45,203 bases of DNA from a virus. Taxonomy: Duplodnaviria > Caudoviricetes. Position 1 is the stretch's first letter. Each line of letters starts with the position of its first letter. Below the pieces are notes generated by a model. The model ran no database searches. It saw only the letters and a program-made list of their open reading frames with translations, and had not been told where the DNA came from. The position numbers and the translations under genes are program-made. The DNA lies in the IMG/VR virus record IMGVR_UViG_3300046786_000414, positions 1 to 45,203 of that record; one strand, given 5' to 3'. Below are positions 18,780 to 27,724 of the stretch, piece by piece.

Positions 18780-19436
18780 ATGGCCATCGTTTCAGTTGAT
18801 CAGCGCTGGTGGGACTGCCCCACGCTTGACACCGCTCAACACCTGGAGGCGACTCTGGGCACGCCGCTCCAACTGCCCGAGCACCTGGAGGAAGGCGGAT
18901 GGGCGACTGAGCAAGCGGACGCGCTTTGCCGCTGGTTTGCTCGGCTCACCCACCAGCAGTATGAGCACGTACTGAGAGACAACACCTACAACTCGGAGAA
19001 TGACCTCTCAGAGAACTTTGTGTTCTCTGTGTTCGCTCCTGTTGATCGCAGTGAGTGGCTCTACTGCGATGACGTGTTCATTGTTGTTGAAACCCACCTA
19101 GGCGGTGATGTTCGAGGCAACTACGGCCCGTTTCAAGTGTTCCGTGTTGACAACGTGGCTGAAACCGGCTTCCTGGATTGGACTGTGGGCTGGTGGGCTG
19201 AGCCGATCAACCCAGACTCTGTGGATTACCTGGCGAAGCTTGAGGACCCCGAGCTTCAACGGGCAAACGATGAGATGGGCCAGGGTTGGAGCTCGCATCC
19301 CACCAGCCATGTCCGGGAGCTTCTGTGGCCCAACACTGAGCCCACCTGGAGTGAGCGGCTCGGCTGCTACGTGGCCAGGCTTCGGGACGTGAACTTTGCC
19401 GTTCGCCTGCAACCTGCCGATCCTTTCTACGGGTGA
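18780..19436 (+). CDS. Acidic early hypothetical protein
   Basis: First plus-strand ORF after the non-coding region; ATG at 18780 preferred. Confidence 0.7.
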   Translation: MAIVSVDQRWWDCPTLDTAQHLEATLGTPLQLPEHLEEGGWATEQADALCRWFARLTHQQYEHVLRDNTYNSENDLSENFVFSVFAPVDRSEWLYCDDVFIVVETHLGGDVRGNYGPFQVFRVDNVAETGFLDWTVGWWAEPINPDSVDYLAKLEDPELQRANDEMGQGWSSHPTSHVRELLWPNTEPTWSERLGCYVARLRDVNFAVRLQPADPFYG

Positions 19437-19559
19437 ATGCTGCCCTTCTGTTGCCTGCGCTCAACAGCTGAGCGTAGGCAATCTCCTGAAGCTCCTTCGG
19501 AGGCCCTGGCGGCCTCCCTAGGAGCCTCTCTCGGCTCCTGAACACCTTGCACCCGGCCA

Positions 19560-19781
19560 ATGGCATTCCCTCAGCCTCTCTCTTACGACCGTTCCGAAGT
19601 GCTGCATTTCAGCGACGGCAGCACTGGCGTTCACTGCGTCACCGTCTGGCGCGATCTCACCGGCAAGCTGCCGCAGGCTAGTGAGCGACTCCTACAGGCC
19701 TGGCAGGACCTCAACCCTGACGTGGTGGGCGTGTCGTTTGCCTACTCACACCCGCGATGTGACGTGTGGTGGCTGGGTTGA
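19560..19781 (+). CDS. Early hypothetical protein
   Basis: 73-aa ORF after the repeated leader element. Confidence 0.6.
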   Translation: MAFPQPLSYDRSEVLHFSDGSTGVHCVTVWRDLTGKLPQASERLLQAWQDLNPDVVGVSFAYSHPRCDVWWLG

Positions 19782-19862
19782 GTTCTGACGCTCCTGCTAA
19801 GGCCCTACGGGGCTTCTCTAGGAGCCTCATTGGGCTCCCTGTTGCACCTTGCAATGCCGACC

Positions 19863-20021
19863 ATGCACTTCAGATCAAATCCACGGCTCACCGTGGTGTT
19901 GCCGCCTGTCGTATTTGAGCGCATCGCTCAGCTATCCCATCAGCAGGGCCGGAGCATGTCTAATCTAGTTGCACATCTCTTAGAGAATGCGTTACACCGT
20001 CACCGATCAGACACTGAATGA
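19863..20021 (+). CDS. Ribbon-helix-helix (Arc/CopG-like) DNA-binding protein
   Basis: RLTVVLPPVVFERIAQLSHQQGRSMSNLVAHLLE fits the RHH pattern. Confidence 0.8.
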   Translation: MHFRSNPRLTVVLPPVVFERIAQLSHQQGRSMSNLVAHLLENALHRHRSDTE

Positions 20022-20251
20022 TCAAGCACTTTTGCGCCATGGCGGCCGCTCTGGCCGCCTTTCTTCCAACTCCTGCCGGGGCCCAAAAGTGGGATCCCTA
20101 CAGCCCTTGGAGCGGCACCGCAGAACAGCAGCAGATCCGCAGGGAGATCGATGAGCTTCGGCAAGAGATCTACAACCTGAAGGATCAGCGAATGAAAGAC
20201 TGCGTGAACAGTAGATCTACCTACTGTGGCTGGGACAAAGGGAGCTGGTAA
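20018..20251 (+). CDS. Small exported protein with a signal peptide
   Basis: Hydrophobic N-terminus ending A-G-A, short coiled coil, Cys pair; ATGA overlap. Confidence 0.65.
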   Translation: MIKHFCAMAAALAAFLPTPAGAQKWDPYSPWSGTAEQQQIRREIDELRQEIYNLKDQRMKDCVNSRSTYCGWDKGSW

Positions 20252-20417
20252 TGGATACGGAGACCCTAGTTGCGCACCATGTCGAGGCCTTAATCGGCCT
20301 TGGCTGGCGATGGGAAGGCCGCGGCCTGGTGCCCACTTTTTGCGCCAAAAGGGTGACTGCATTCAACTGTCAAAAGCTCTCACAAGAATCAATTAACCAT
20401 CCACCAGAGAAAAGTTA

Positions 20418-20627
20418 ATGAATCGCTGGAACGGCTTTGGTATCGCAATGGGCTTAGCTGTTGCTGGCCTTTCGATAACTCTTGGTGACCCTTCTTTCTT
20501 CACTGTTGAACACGCTGAAATCTGGCATGAGCATCTGGATCCCGGTCGACTTCTACCTGAGCCTCTCAAGGAGCCGTACGCGCTCGCTGGAGGTGCCGAC
20601 CGTGGTGTTCCACAGTGGGGTTACTAA
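20418..20627 (+). CDS. Small membrane-anchored protein
   Basis: N-terminal hydrophobic segment GFGIAMGLAVAGLSITL. Confidence 0.5.
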   Translation: MNRWNGFGIAMGLAVAGLSITLGDPSFFTVEHAEIWHEHLDPGRLLPEPLKEPYALAGGADRGVPQWGY

Positions 20628-20723
20628 AGCGGTGCGGATTGAGTGCTGCATTCTGCTGCACTTTTGTCTAATCGTTGATTTTTCGCTCATCAGGCTTAAT
20701 CAAGTCTTCCGCAGATAAGCAGC

Positions 20724-20801
20724 TTGAATGCAGTCAAGCAATGTTCCATCTTGTCAATGCTTGACGTACGTTGACATTGCGAGAGCACATTGCAATGTCA
20801 A
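20724..20801 (+). promoter_or_regulatory. Operator/promoter cluster upstream of the MarR-like gene
   Basis: TTGAATGCAGTCAA (20724-20737), GTCAAtgcTTGAC (20753-20765) and the inverted repeat TTGACATTGC/GCAATGTCAA (20771-20780, 20792-20801). Confidence 0.6.
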
Positions 20802-21145
20802 ACCTGCCCAAGCTCCACGCGGCGATGCGGTTTTGCCGTCGTGAGCACGCCCAGCTGCGCGCAAGCCAGCTGGAGCTGCTTCTAGCCATCCATCTCAGGC
20901 CTGGCCAAACCCAGTCAGAGCTTGCCAATGAATGCAGCTTGACCCTTTCAGCCGTCTCCCGAGCGGTTGACGTTATGGGCTCAAAAGGCCGCAGCGACAA
21001 CAAGGGTCAAGTAGCCATGCAATGGGTGGAAACACGCGACAACCCGCACGACGAGCGGATCAAGCAGGTCTATTTGACACAAAAGGGCTCCGAATTCCTT
21101 CACTTATTGGAGATGATTACTTATGGCAGTACGGTTCAGGAATGA
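20795..21145 (+). CDS. MarR-family winged-helix regulator
   Basis: TQSELANECSLTLSAVSRAVD...DERIKQVYLTQKG; lies immediately before the integrase, as in cyanopodoviruses. Confidence 0.85.
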   Translation: MSNLPKLHAAMRFCRREHAQLRASQLELLLAIHLRPGQTQSELANECSLTLSAVSRAVDVMGSKGRSDNKGQVAMQWVETRDNPHDERIKQVYLTQKGSEFLHLLEMITYGSTVQE

Positions 21146-22151
21146 CCGCAAAAAGTGGTTCGCCCAGATCACCACTGAAACCGGTCGAATCTCCAAGTCG
21201 TTTGACACTGAAACGGAGGCAACTGAATGGGAGGCTCTAGCCCTCTCTGCCATGGCTCCCAAGGTCAAAGCACACGAGCGGCCGTTCTCGGCCACCAGTG
21301 AAGGCTCCCTGGGTCAGCTGGTTCGGGTGTGCGAGCAGATCGATTGGGCTGGGAAGGATGACTCCCAGATGAAGAACGCGCACCGCCTGGTGCGGATGCT
21401 TGGCCCTGACACCCACATCAGGGAGCTCACCATGCGCCGCCTTGACGATCTGGTGGCTGAGCTGCGGGTTGCTGGCCCCAAGGGCGAGCCCCTGAGCAAC
21501 ACCACGATCCTCAAGTACATCAGCGCCGCTTCGATCATGCTCAAGCGGGCCACCCGGCTGGGCTACATCGATCAGCCGCCGCTGCTGCCCGAGAAGCGCA
21601 CCCTGCGCACGCCTGAGCCGCGTGATCTGGTCATCCCAGACGAGTGGTTCGCGGCCCTGTTGGACGGCATGGAAAAGCGTGAGCAGCGCCTCTCGATTGC
21701 CATCACCCTGTTCCTGCGCCACATGGGTTGCCGTGTGGGCGAGGCGCTCAACCTGACCTGGGATCGGATTGACATGAAGCAGGGCTGGGTCCAGTTCGTG
21801 AAGACCAAGGGCTCCATGCCTCGCCGTCTGCCTGCATCTGAGGAGGTGCTCTCCATCCTCAAGGCGATGAAGGCCCGGAAGACCCAGCGCGTCTTCCCGA
21901 TCCGCTACTGGACTTACCTCACCCACTACTCAGATGCGAAACACGACGCGTGCGACGCCCTGGGCCTTGGTGACACCGTGCGGAAGGAATGGGTCATCCA
22001 CACCCTTCGGCACACCCGGATCACCGAGCTGGCCAGCCAGGGCCACCAGGCACCGGCCATCCAGCAGTGGGCGGGGCACAAGTGCCTTGCAGTAACCCAG
22101 CGCTACATCCACGGCGCGGGCATCAATCTGCAACCAATGGTCAACTGTTGA
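21123..22151 (+). CDS. int: Tyrosine integrase
   Basis: Catalytic residues in GCRVGE, K, HTLRH, AGH and TQRY. Confidence 0.95.
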   Translation: MAVRFRNDRKKWFAQITTETGRISKSFDTETEATEWEALALSAMAPKVKAHERPFSATSEGSLGQLVRVCEQIDWAGKDDSQMKNAHRLVRMLGPDTHIRELTMRRLDDLVAELRVAGPKGEPLSNTTILKYISAASIMLKRATRLGYIDQPPLLPEKRTLRTPEPRDLVIPDEWFAALLDGMEKREQRLSIAITLFLRHMGCRVGEALNLTWDRIDMKQGWVQFVKTKGSMPRRLPASEEVLSILKAMKARKTQRVFPIRYWTYLTHYSDAKHDACDALGLGDTVRKEWVIHTLRHTRITELASQGHQAPAIQQWAGHKCLAVTQRYIHGAGINLQPMVNC

Positions 22152-22178
22152 ACGGTGTCTAATGCGTGAGAATTGGCT

Positions 22179-22214
22179 GCAACCAGAGCAACCAGAAATG
22201 CAACCAAGCAACCA
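22179..22214 (+). repeat. GCAACCA x4, putative integrase arm-type sites (two more at 22396 and 22405)
   Basis: Copies at 22179, 22188, 22200 and 22208, next to the att core. Confidence 0.65.
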
Positions 22215-22259
22215 AGCTTGATTTGAAAAACCCTGTCCTGGCCTAGGATCTGACCCCGC

Positions 22260-22302
22260 GGGAGCATGGCGGAATTGGTAGACGCAGCGGACTTAAAATC
22301 CG
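22260..22302 (+). mobile_element. attP: attP core: 5' half of tRNA-Leu(TAA)
   Basis: GGGAGCA TGGCGGAATTGGTAGACGC A GCGGA CTTAAAA TCCG gives the acceptor 5' strand, D arm and anticodon arm. No T arm or CCA follows. Directly downstream of int. Confidence 0.85.
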
Positions 22303-22366
22303 TGTGAAGATTGCCACCCCGCAACAACCCAGGCCAGAACAGGGATTCCCACTGAGATCCCTGAGA

Positions 22367-24751
22367 ATGTCCGAACAACAGTCAAATGCTGTCAAGCAAC
22401 CACTGCAACCGCAGCTTGAGCTTGAAGAGTGGTGCAGATCCACCAGTGCGAGCCGCTTCTTGCGGGATGGATGGCAAAAGGGAGCTAGTGGAACAATCGT
22501 TCAACGGTTAGCCACTCTTTATCTCGACAAAGTTCAGGAGATTTATGAGAAGTCGAAGCTCTCTCCTGGCCGACAACATCACATCTGGGCCTTGATGCAT
22601 AGCCGTGAGGCTGTGAAACATGTAGCCCTGGAAAGCCTTGCTTACCTGCTGGGCAACCTCAACGATGAGCGCCCGTACAACCAGATCTGCGGGATCCTCG
22701 GCAAGCGGGCTGAGTACGTCCTTTGGTTGACCCATCCCTCATGGGGGCGCGGCCTTCACCTGCAGGGCTTGCGGCTGGCCAGCAACAACGACCTGTCGAT
22801 GGGCCTGATACGCAAGCGGCTCAAGGACAAGGGGTTTCTCAAGGCCGCGGCCTACCGGGAGCTGAAGCACGTTGAGCGTGCGGCCCTTGGTGCGTTCTTC
22901 ATTGAGTGCGTGGCCGAAAGCACCCGGATGCTGGAGGTGTACGTGACGGTCAAGAGCCGTCGCAAGGTGAAGATGGTGCGCTACACCCAGCTTTACTGGG
23001 ACTTCCTCAAGCGTTGGCGGGAAGCGGCTGGCCTGTTCCGCCCGCTGTACATGCCGATGATCCAGCCGCCGCGGCCATGGCCTGGCCATACCGGTGGCGG
23101 GTATCTGAGCATCGGCTCAACCGTGTCCAGTGTTGGGTGGGAGCGCTGGCCTGAGGTCAGCAAGCGGATGCTTCCCTGCGTGCTGGACAGCATCAACCTG
23201 CTGCAGCAACAGCCGTATGAGCTGGACCATGCGCAGGTGTCGCTGACTGAATCGTGTTGGAGCCTCGGCCATGAGATCGGCGGCCTGCCCAAACGAGACC
23301 GCCTGCCCGAGCCCATCGATGCTGAGTACAAGGAGCAGGGACTAGGCCCTTCTACCTACTGGAAGGCGGTGTGGAAGTGGAAGTCCGACCAACGCAAGGA
23401 CGGCCAGCGGTCGCGCTTCATCAATGCACTGATCGCATACCGCCGTTTGGAGGAGGCGCCTGCGCTCTGGTTCGTATGGCACATGGATCATCGGGGCCGG
23501 CTGTACAGCAGGGGAGCCCAGCTCAACATCCAAGGGCCGGATCACCTGCGCAGCATGACCCGGTTCCACGAGCGCAGTCCAATTAAGGGTCACGAGAAGG
23601 CCTTCGCTTGGAGCCTGGGCGAGGCGCTGGGCACACCGGCCCATCCGCAAGATCGGCTCAGCTACCTGGAGCTGATGTCAACCGTGGTCGCCCGTGTTGG
23701 TGGTGATCCACTGGGGAACATCGGCTATTGGAACCAAGCCAAGGAACCGTGGCGGCTGATCCAGTTGTGCCGTGACTGGCATCACTACCTGGAGGATCCC
23801 GGCTACCGCAGTGGAACGATCCATTGGTTGGATCAGACCTGCTCAGGGTGGGGACACGTGGCCTGTCTGACAGGTGACGGCACCCTGGCCCAGTACACCA
23901 ACGTGATTGGCAGCAAGCCGGCCGACCTGTACCTAGGGGTTGGGCGACTGGTCAACACCCGTATCCGTTGGGAGTGCGAACAGGAGCACCCCGAGCGGAA
24001 ACAGAAAGCTTTTGAGTGGTGGCGCAACCATCAGATCCCGCGGTCTCTGTGGAAGAAGGTGCTGATGCCTGTGATCTATGGGCGCAGCTACCTGAGCTTG
24101 GCCGAGGAGATCAAGTTGTATCTGCGGGATGAGGTGGGCGACTTCCTCACAGATGAGGGGCTGCGCGTGTTGGACCTGGCTCTGACCTTGGCTACCACCA
24201 TCAACAACGTGGTCAACGAGGCGCTGCCTCACGTGAAAGACCTGAGCCGTTGGCTGGTGACCCTCAGCAACAAGCAGATCGACGCAGGACTGCGGCCGTA
24301 CTGGTTTACGCCGAATGGCCTGGCGATTGAGTGCTATCAGTCAGCCACCAAACGAGACCACATTGAGCTGAACCTGGCGAGGAGAACAATCAGGCTCAGC
24401 CTTAACGACAGCACTGGCTGCAAGCCAGACAAGCGCAAGACCGCACGCAAGTTGGTCCCTGATTTCATCCACAGCATGGACGCCGCCTACCTGCAGCGGT
24501 TTGTGGCGCATTGGGGAACTTACAGGCACCCGATTGCAACAATCCATGACTGCTTCGGCACAACGCTGGAGCATGTGGAGACGTTGCGCTCGGAGCTGAA
24601 TGATCAATGGCATCGTTTCTATTCGGTGGACCACCTGCGTAAACACAAGGAGATGGTTGAGGTTCTGCTTGGGACCGAAGTCCCTGACCCTCCGATGGTG
24701 GGGACGCTGGACCGCAGCCGGATCGGTGAGAACCGCTACTTGTTCGCTTGA
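22367..24751 (+). CDS. T7-like single-subunit RNA polymerase
   Basis: DHRGRLY, motif A LDQTCSG, motif B RSLWKKVLMPVIYG, PDFIHSMD, motif C IHDCFGT. Confidence 0.95.
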   Translation: MSEQQSNAVKQPLQPQLELEEWCRSTSASRFLRDGWQKGASGTIVQRLATLYLDKVQEIYEKSKLSPGRQHHIWALMHSREAVKHVALESLAYLLGNLNDERPYNQICGILGKRAEYVLWLTHPSWGRGLHLQGLRLASNNDLSMGLIRKRLKDKGFLKAAAYRELKHVERAALGAFFIECVAESTRMLEVYVTVKSRRKVKMVRYTQLYWDFLKRWREAAGLFRPLYMPMIQPPRPWPGHTGGGYLSIGSTVSSVGWERWPEVSKRMLPCVLDSINLLQQQPYELDHAQVSLTESCWSLGHEIGGLPKRDRLPEPIDAEYKEQGLGPSTYWKAVWKWKSDQRKDGQRSRFINALIAYRRLEEAPALWFVWHMDHRGRLYSRGAQLNIQGPDHLRSMTRFHERSPIKGHEKAFAWSLGEALGTPAHPQDRLSYLELMSTVVARVGGDPLGNIGYWNQAKEPWRLIQLCRDWHHYLEDPGYRSGTIHWLDQTCSGWGHVACLTGDGTLAQYTNVIGSKPADLYLGVGRLVNTRIRWECEQEHPERKQKAFEWWRNHQIPRSLWKKVLMPVIYGRSYLSLAEEIKLYLRDEVGDFLTDEGLRVLDLALTLATTINNVVNEALPHVKDLSRWLVTLSNKQIDAGLRPYWFTPNGLAIECYQSATKRDHIELNLARRTIRLSLNDSTGCKPDKRKTARKLVPDFIHSMDAAYLQRFVAHWGTYRHPIATIHDCFGTTLEHVETLRSELNDQWHRFYSVDHLRKHKEMVEVLLGTEVPDPPMVGTLDRSRIGENRYLFA

Positions 24752-24758
24752 TGCATTG

Positions 24759-24787
24759 TTGACACCATTCAACATTTCCTCTATCAT
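24759..24787 (+). promoter_or_regulatory. Sigma70-type promoter overlapped by the 14-bp palindrome
   Basis: TTGACA-17 nt-TATCAT upstream of the SSB gene. Confidence 0.8.
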
Positions 24788-24867
24788 CCACCCCAGCGGG
24801 CATTGGTGGTGTGCTTCGGTCCACGCCATGTAAGACCCGCCCACTCACGTTTCATCAGGAGTAATTC

Positions 24868-25461
24868 GTGCCCAAGTTTGTGACTCCCATTGGAGCCATG
24901 GTGTTCGGCAGCATCGTCGAACCACGCGAGAATCCCAACAGCGGCAAGGTCGAATGGAACCTGGGCTTTGTTCTCAGCCTGGAAGATTCCAACAGCATCA
25001 TGGAGAACATGGCCACCGCTGTTGCAGCCAAGCGGGCAGCCAACCCCAAGTTCCCCCAGACCGACGACAAGCTGAAGTTCCCCTATCGCCCCTCGCAGCG
25101 CCGCAACGAGGAAGGCGAGAAGGAGATGGACCCCGACAACCTGCTCTGGAACTTCAAGCGCAACGCCAGCTACCAGACCAAGACCGGTGAGATCAAGCAG
25201 AACAACCCGCCTGCTCTTTACGACAGCCTTGGCCGCTTGGTTACGGGCACCATTGACCGCGTGCCCTCTGGCACCACCGGCAAGGTCGTCTACGACATCT
25301 ACGTGTACGACATGCCAGGCGCCAAGGGCGTTTCCCTGCAGATCGTGGGCTTCCAGATCGCAGAGATGAAGAAGATCGAGACTGATCTGGCTCCGATTGA
25401 AGGTGGCTGGGTGCCTGATGAGATCGACGACATTGCGGCTGCACTGGCCGGCGATGTTTGA
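24868..25461 (+). CDS. Single-stranded DNA-binding protein (gp2.5-like)
   Basis: FVTPIG N-terminus, PPALYDSLG, GVSLQIVGFQI, acidic C-terminus; syntenic position. Confidence 0.8.
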   Translation: MPKFVTPIGAMVFGSIVEPRENPNSGKVEWNLGFVLSLEDSNSIMENMATAVAAKRAANPKFPQTDDKLKFPYRPSQRRNEEGEKEMDPDNLLWNFKRNASYQTKTGEIKQNNPPALYDSLGRLVTGTIDRVPSGTTGKVVYDIYVYDMPGAKGVSLQIVGFQIAEMKKIETDLAPIEGGWVPDEIDDIAAALAGDV

Positions 25462-25993
25462 TCGCTACAACCAACGGGTACGCAGCAAGAAAGACAAGGA
25501 GCGTCGCTCCAAACTTGAGGATGAAGTGGAGCAGGCCCTGATCAATCAGGGCTACTCACCTGAGTACGAAAGCGAGCGGTTCTCCTACGTCTTGCATCGG
25601 AAGTACCGCCCCGACTTCAAGGTTGGCAACGTGTACGTGGAGGTGAAGGGTTGGTGGCCACCGGCTGAACGATCCAAGTTCTTGGCAGTGATCCTGAACA
25701 ACCCTGGCCTGCCGATCTTTGTGGCGTTGCAGCGTCCATCGTTGACGTTGAACAAGCAAAGCAAAACCACTTACGCCGACTGGTGCTCAAAACATGGCAT
25801 TGCCTGGTGCCCCATTCCCATCCCACCTGAGTTCATGAAGCAATGGCAAGAGGGAGCGCGACCCACATTCCATGTCCCAACGAAGAATGTGGAAGCTCGG
25901 ACGCAGCAACCGAGTACCCAGACGGTTCTATTTACTGCTTCTCCTGTCAACAGCGATTCACTCCTGATGGACAACCTTGGAAACAGTCAATGA
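25454..25993 (+). CDS. Endonuclease I / Holliday junction resolvase (gp3-like)
   Basis: RSKLE...YE...YRPDF...YVEVKG...YADWCSKHG; C-terminal tail overlaps the primase gene. Confidence 0.9.
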   Translation: MFDRYNQRVRSKKDKERRSKLEDEVEQALINQGYSPEYESERFSYVLHRKYRPDFKVGNVYVEVKGWWPPAERSKFLAVILNNPGLPIFVALQRPSLTLNKQSKTTYADWCSKHGIAWCPIPIPPEFMKQWQEGARPTFHVPTKNVEARTQQPSTQTVLFTASPVNSDSLLMDNLGNSQ

Positions 25994-27501
25994 ACTCCAC
26001 TGCAAAGCGGCCATTTGCCGGCCTGCCACGCACTGACTCAATCACCGCCAAGGCCAGCCTCTTGGTTGGCAAGGCCGCAGGCGTCACCGCTCGCAAGATC
26101 ACCGAGCGCACCTGCCGCTTGTTTGGCTATGACGCTGCTACCTACCGGGGGCAGCAAGCGCAGATTGCCAACTACCGGGACGAGAACGGTCTCACCGTTG
26201 CTCAACACATCCGGTACGGCGAGAAGCAGTTTGCCTGGCTTGGCCGCGAGAAGGGTCTCAAGATCCAGCTCTTCGGCCAGCACCTTGGCACCGATGGCAC
26301 CCTCATCCTCACCGAGGGAGAGATCGATGCCATGTCCGTGTACGAGTGCTTGTACAAGCACCGTCATCAGAACAAGTTCGTTGTCGCCTCAATTCCCGAT
26401 GGAGCAGCCTCGGCCAAGAAGTCATGCACTGATCAGCTGGCTTACATCCTGGGCTTCAGGAGGGTCGTCATCTTCATGGACACCGACGAGCCCGGTCGGA
26501 AGGCTGCTGCTGATCTGGCTGCACTTATTGGCCCTACTGCTGCTATCGCAGGAGGCTTCCCTTACAAAGACGCCAACGAGGCGTGGATGGCCGATGACTA
26601 CAACGCCATCCTTGAAGCCATCAACAACGCCAGACGCCACCGCCCGGAAGCGATTGTCCACGCTCCGGATCTCCTGGAGAAAGTCCTCAAGCCTCAGCAC
26701 CGCTTTGGCTTGCCATACCCCTGGGCCGGGTGGAACCGGATGACCGAGGGCATGAAACCGGGGCAGCTAGTGATGGTGTCTGGCGGAACCGGAATCGGGA
26801 AGAGCCTGTTCACTCGCAGCATTGCCTTGCATCTCTGCCGAGATCACAAGGTCAAGGTCGCTTACATCGGCCTTGAGGAAAGCTGCGAGACCAGCCTGGA
26901 GCGGATGCTTTCTGAACAGATGGGCGTTCCTCTCCACCTGGACAAGCCAGAGGAACGGGCTGCCCGTGAGCCTGAGTCCATCAAGTCAGCGATGGATGCT
27001 TTTGCTGGCAACCTCTTCCTGCTCGACAAGTTCGGCAGCGATGACTTTGATTCTTTTGTTGCCACCGTTAAACATTATGTCCTTGGAGAGCAATGCCAAG
27101 TTGTTGTCCTTGATCACTTCTCCCTCCTCGCGGATGGCATTGCCCTCAATGCTGATCAGCGTCGCGCTATTGATCGTTGCATCAAGGATCTCAAGACGCT
27201 CTGCGTTGAACTCAACTTCACGATGGTCGTCGTCTGTCACCTCTCCAGAAGCGGTGGTATTGGCCCATCTCACGAAGAAGGAGGCGAGCCAAGTCTTGCG
27301 GAACTTAGAGGATCACACAGTCTGGCCCAAATCCCAGACTTTGTAGTGATGCTCCAGCGCAACCCTCGCGCCGAAGACAAGTCAGAGGCCAACACCACTA
27401 CTTGTTGGCTGAAGAAGAACCGGGTCAAAGGCGAGCTTGGCCCGATGTGCAAGCTCAAGTATCTGAGCAGCTTCTGTCGATTCCAGGAGGTCGATGCGTA
27501 G
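25843..27501 (+). CDS. Primase-helicase (gp4-like)
   Basis: Zn finger CPNEECGSSD...CFSC, TOPRIM EGEIDAMS and DTDEPG, Walker A GGTGIGKS, LDH, LRGS, KNR. Confidence 0.95.
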   Translation: MARGSATHIPCPNEECGSSDAATEYPDGSIYCFSCQQRFTPDGQPWKQSMNSTAKRPFAGLPRTDSITAKASLLVGKAAGVTARKITERTCRLFGYDAATYRGQQAQIANYRDENGLTVAQHIRYGEKQFAWLGREKGLKIQLFGQHLGTDGTLILTEGEIDAMSVYECLYKHRHQNKFVVASIPDGAASAKKSCTDQLAYILGFRRVVIFMDTDEPGRKAAADLAALIGPTAAIAGGFPYKDANEAWMADDYNAILEAINNARRHRPEAIVHAPDLLEKVLKPQHRFGLPYPWAGWNRMTEGMKPGQLVMVSGGTGIGKSLFTRSIALHLCRDHKVKVAYIGLEESCETSLERMLSEQMGVPLHLDKPEERAAREPESIKSAMDAFAGNLFLLDKFGSDDFDSFVATVKHYVLGEQCQVVVLDHFSLLADGIALNADQRRAIDRCIKDLKTLCVELNFTMVVVCHLSRSGGIGPSHEEGGEPSLAELRGSHSLAQIPDFVVMLQRNPRAEDKSEANTTTCWLKKNRVKGELGPMCKLKYLSSFCRFQEVDA

Positions 27502-27724
27502 CTCCATCGTCAGCGCCGAGGGATTCAATCCATCGAACCGCGGCCGCACATTTTCCGATGACCCCAAGCACCCGCTATGGAAGATCCAAGTCAAGTTCCC
27601 AACGACCAAGCCGATGGTGGAGTTGATCAAAGCTCCGACCAAGACGGCGGCGATTCAGTACGCCAAGACGAAATACCCGGAGTCCGAAGTCTTTCTGCTT
27701 ATGGATACTCCAGTACGCCGTTAG
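27494..27724 (+). CDS. Hypothetical protein
   Basis: 76-aa ORF overlapping the helicase stop. Confidence 0.6.
   Translation: MRSSIVSAEGFNPSNRGRTFSDDPKHPLWKIQVKFPTTKPMVELIKAPTKTAAIQYAKTKYPESEVFLLMDTPVRR

Noticed and set aside
17269-18787. Pro/Ser/His-rich ORFs (17269-17808, 17319-17825, 18434-18787)
   Set aside because: They are by-products of extreme purine/pyrimidine strand bias.
22260-22345. Complete tRNA-Leu gene
   Set aside because: No T arm, acceptor 3' strand or CCA follows the anticodon arm.
22367-24751. Degenerate or inactive RNA polymerase
   Set aside because: It is divergent, but the motif A Asp, motif B R/K/YG and motif C HD are all retained in an intact frame.
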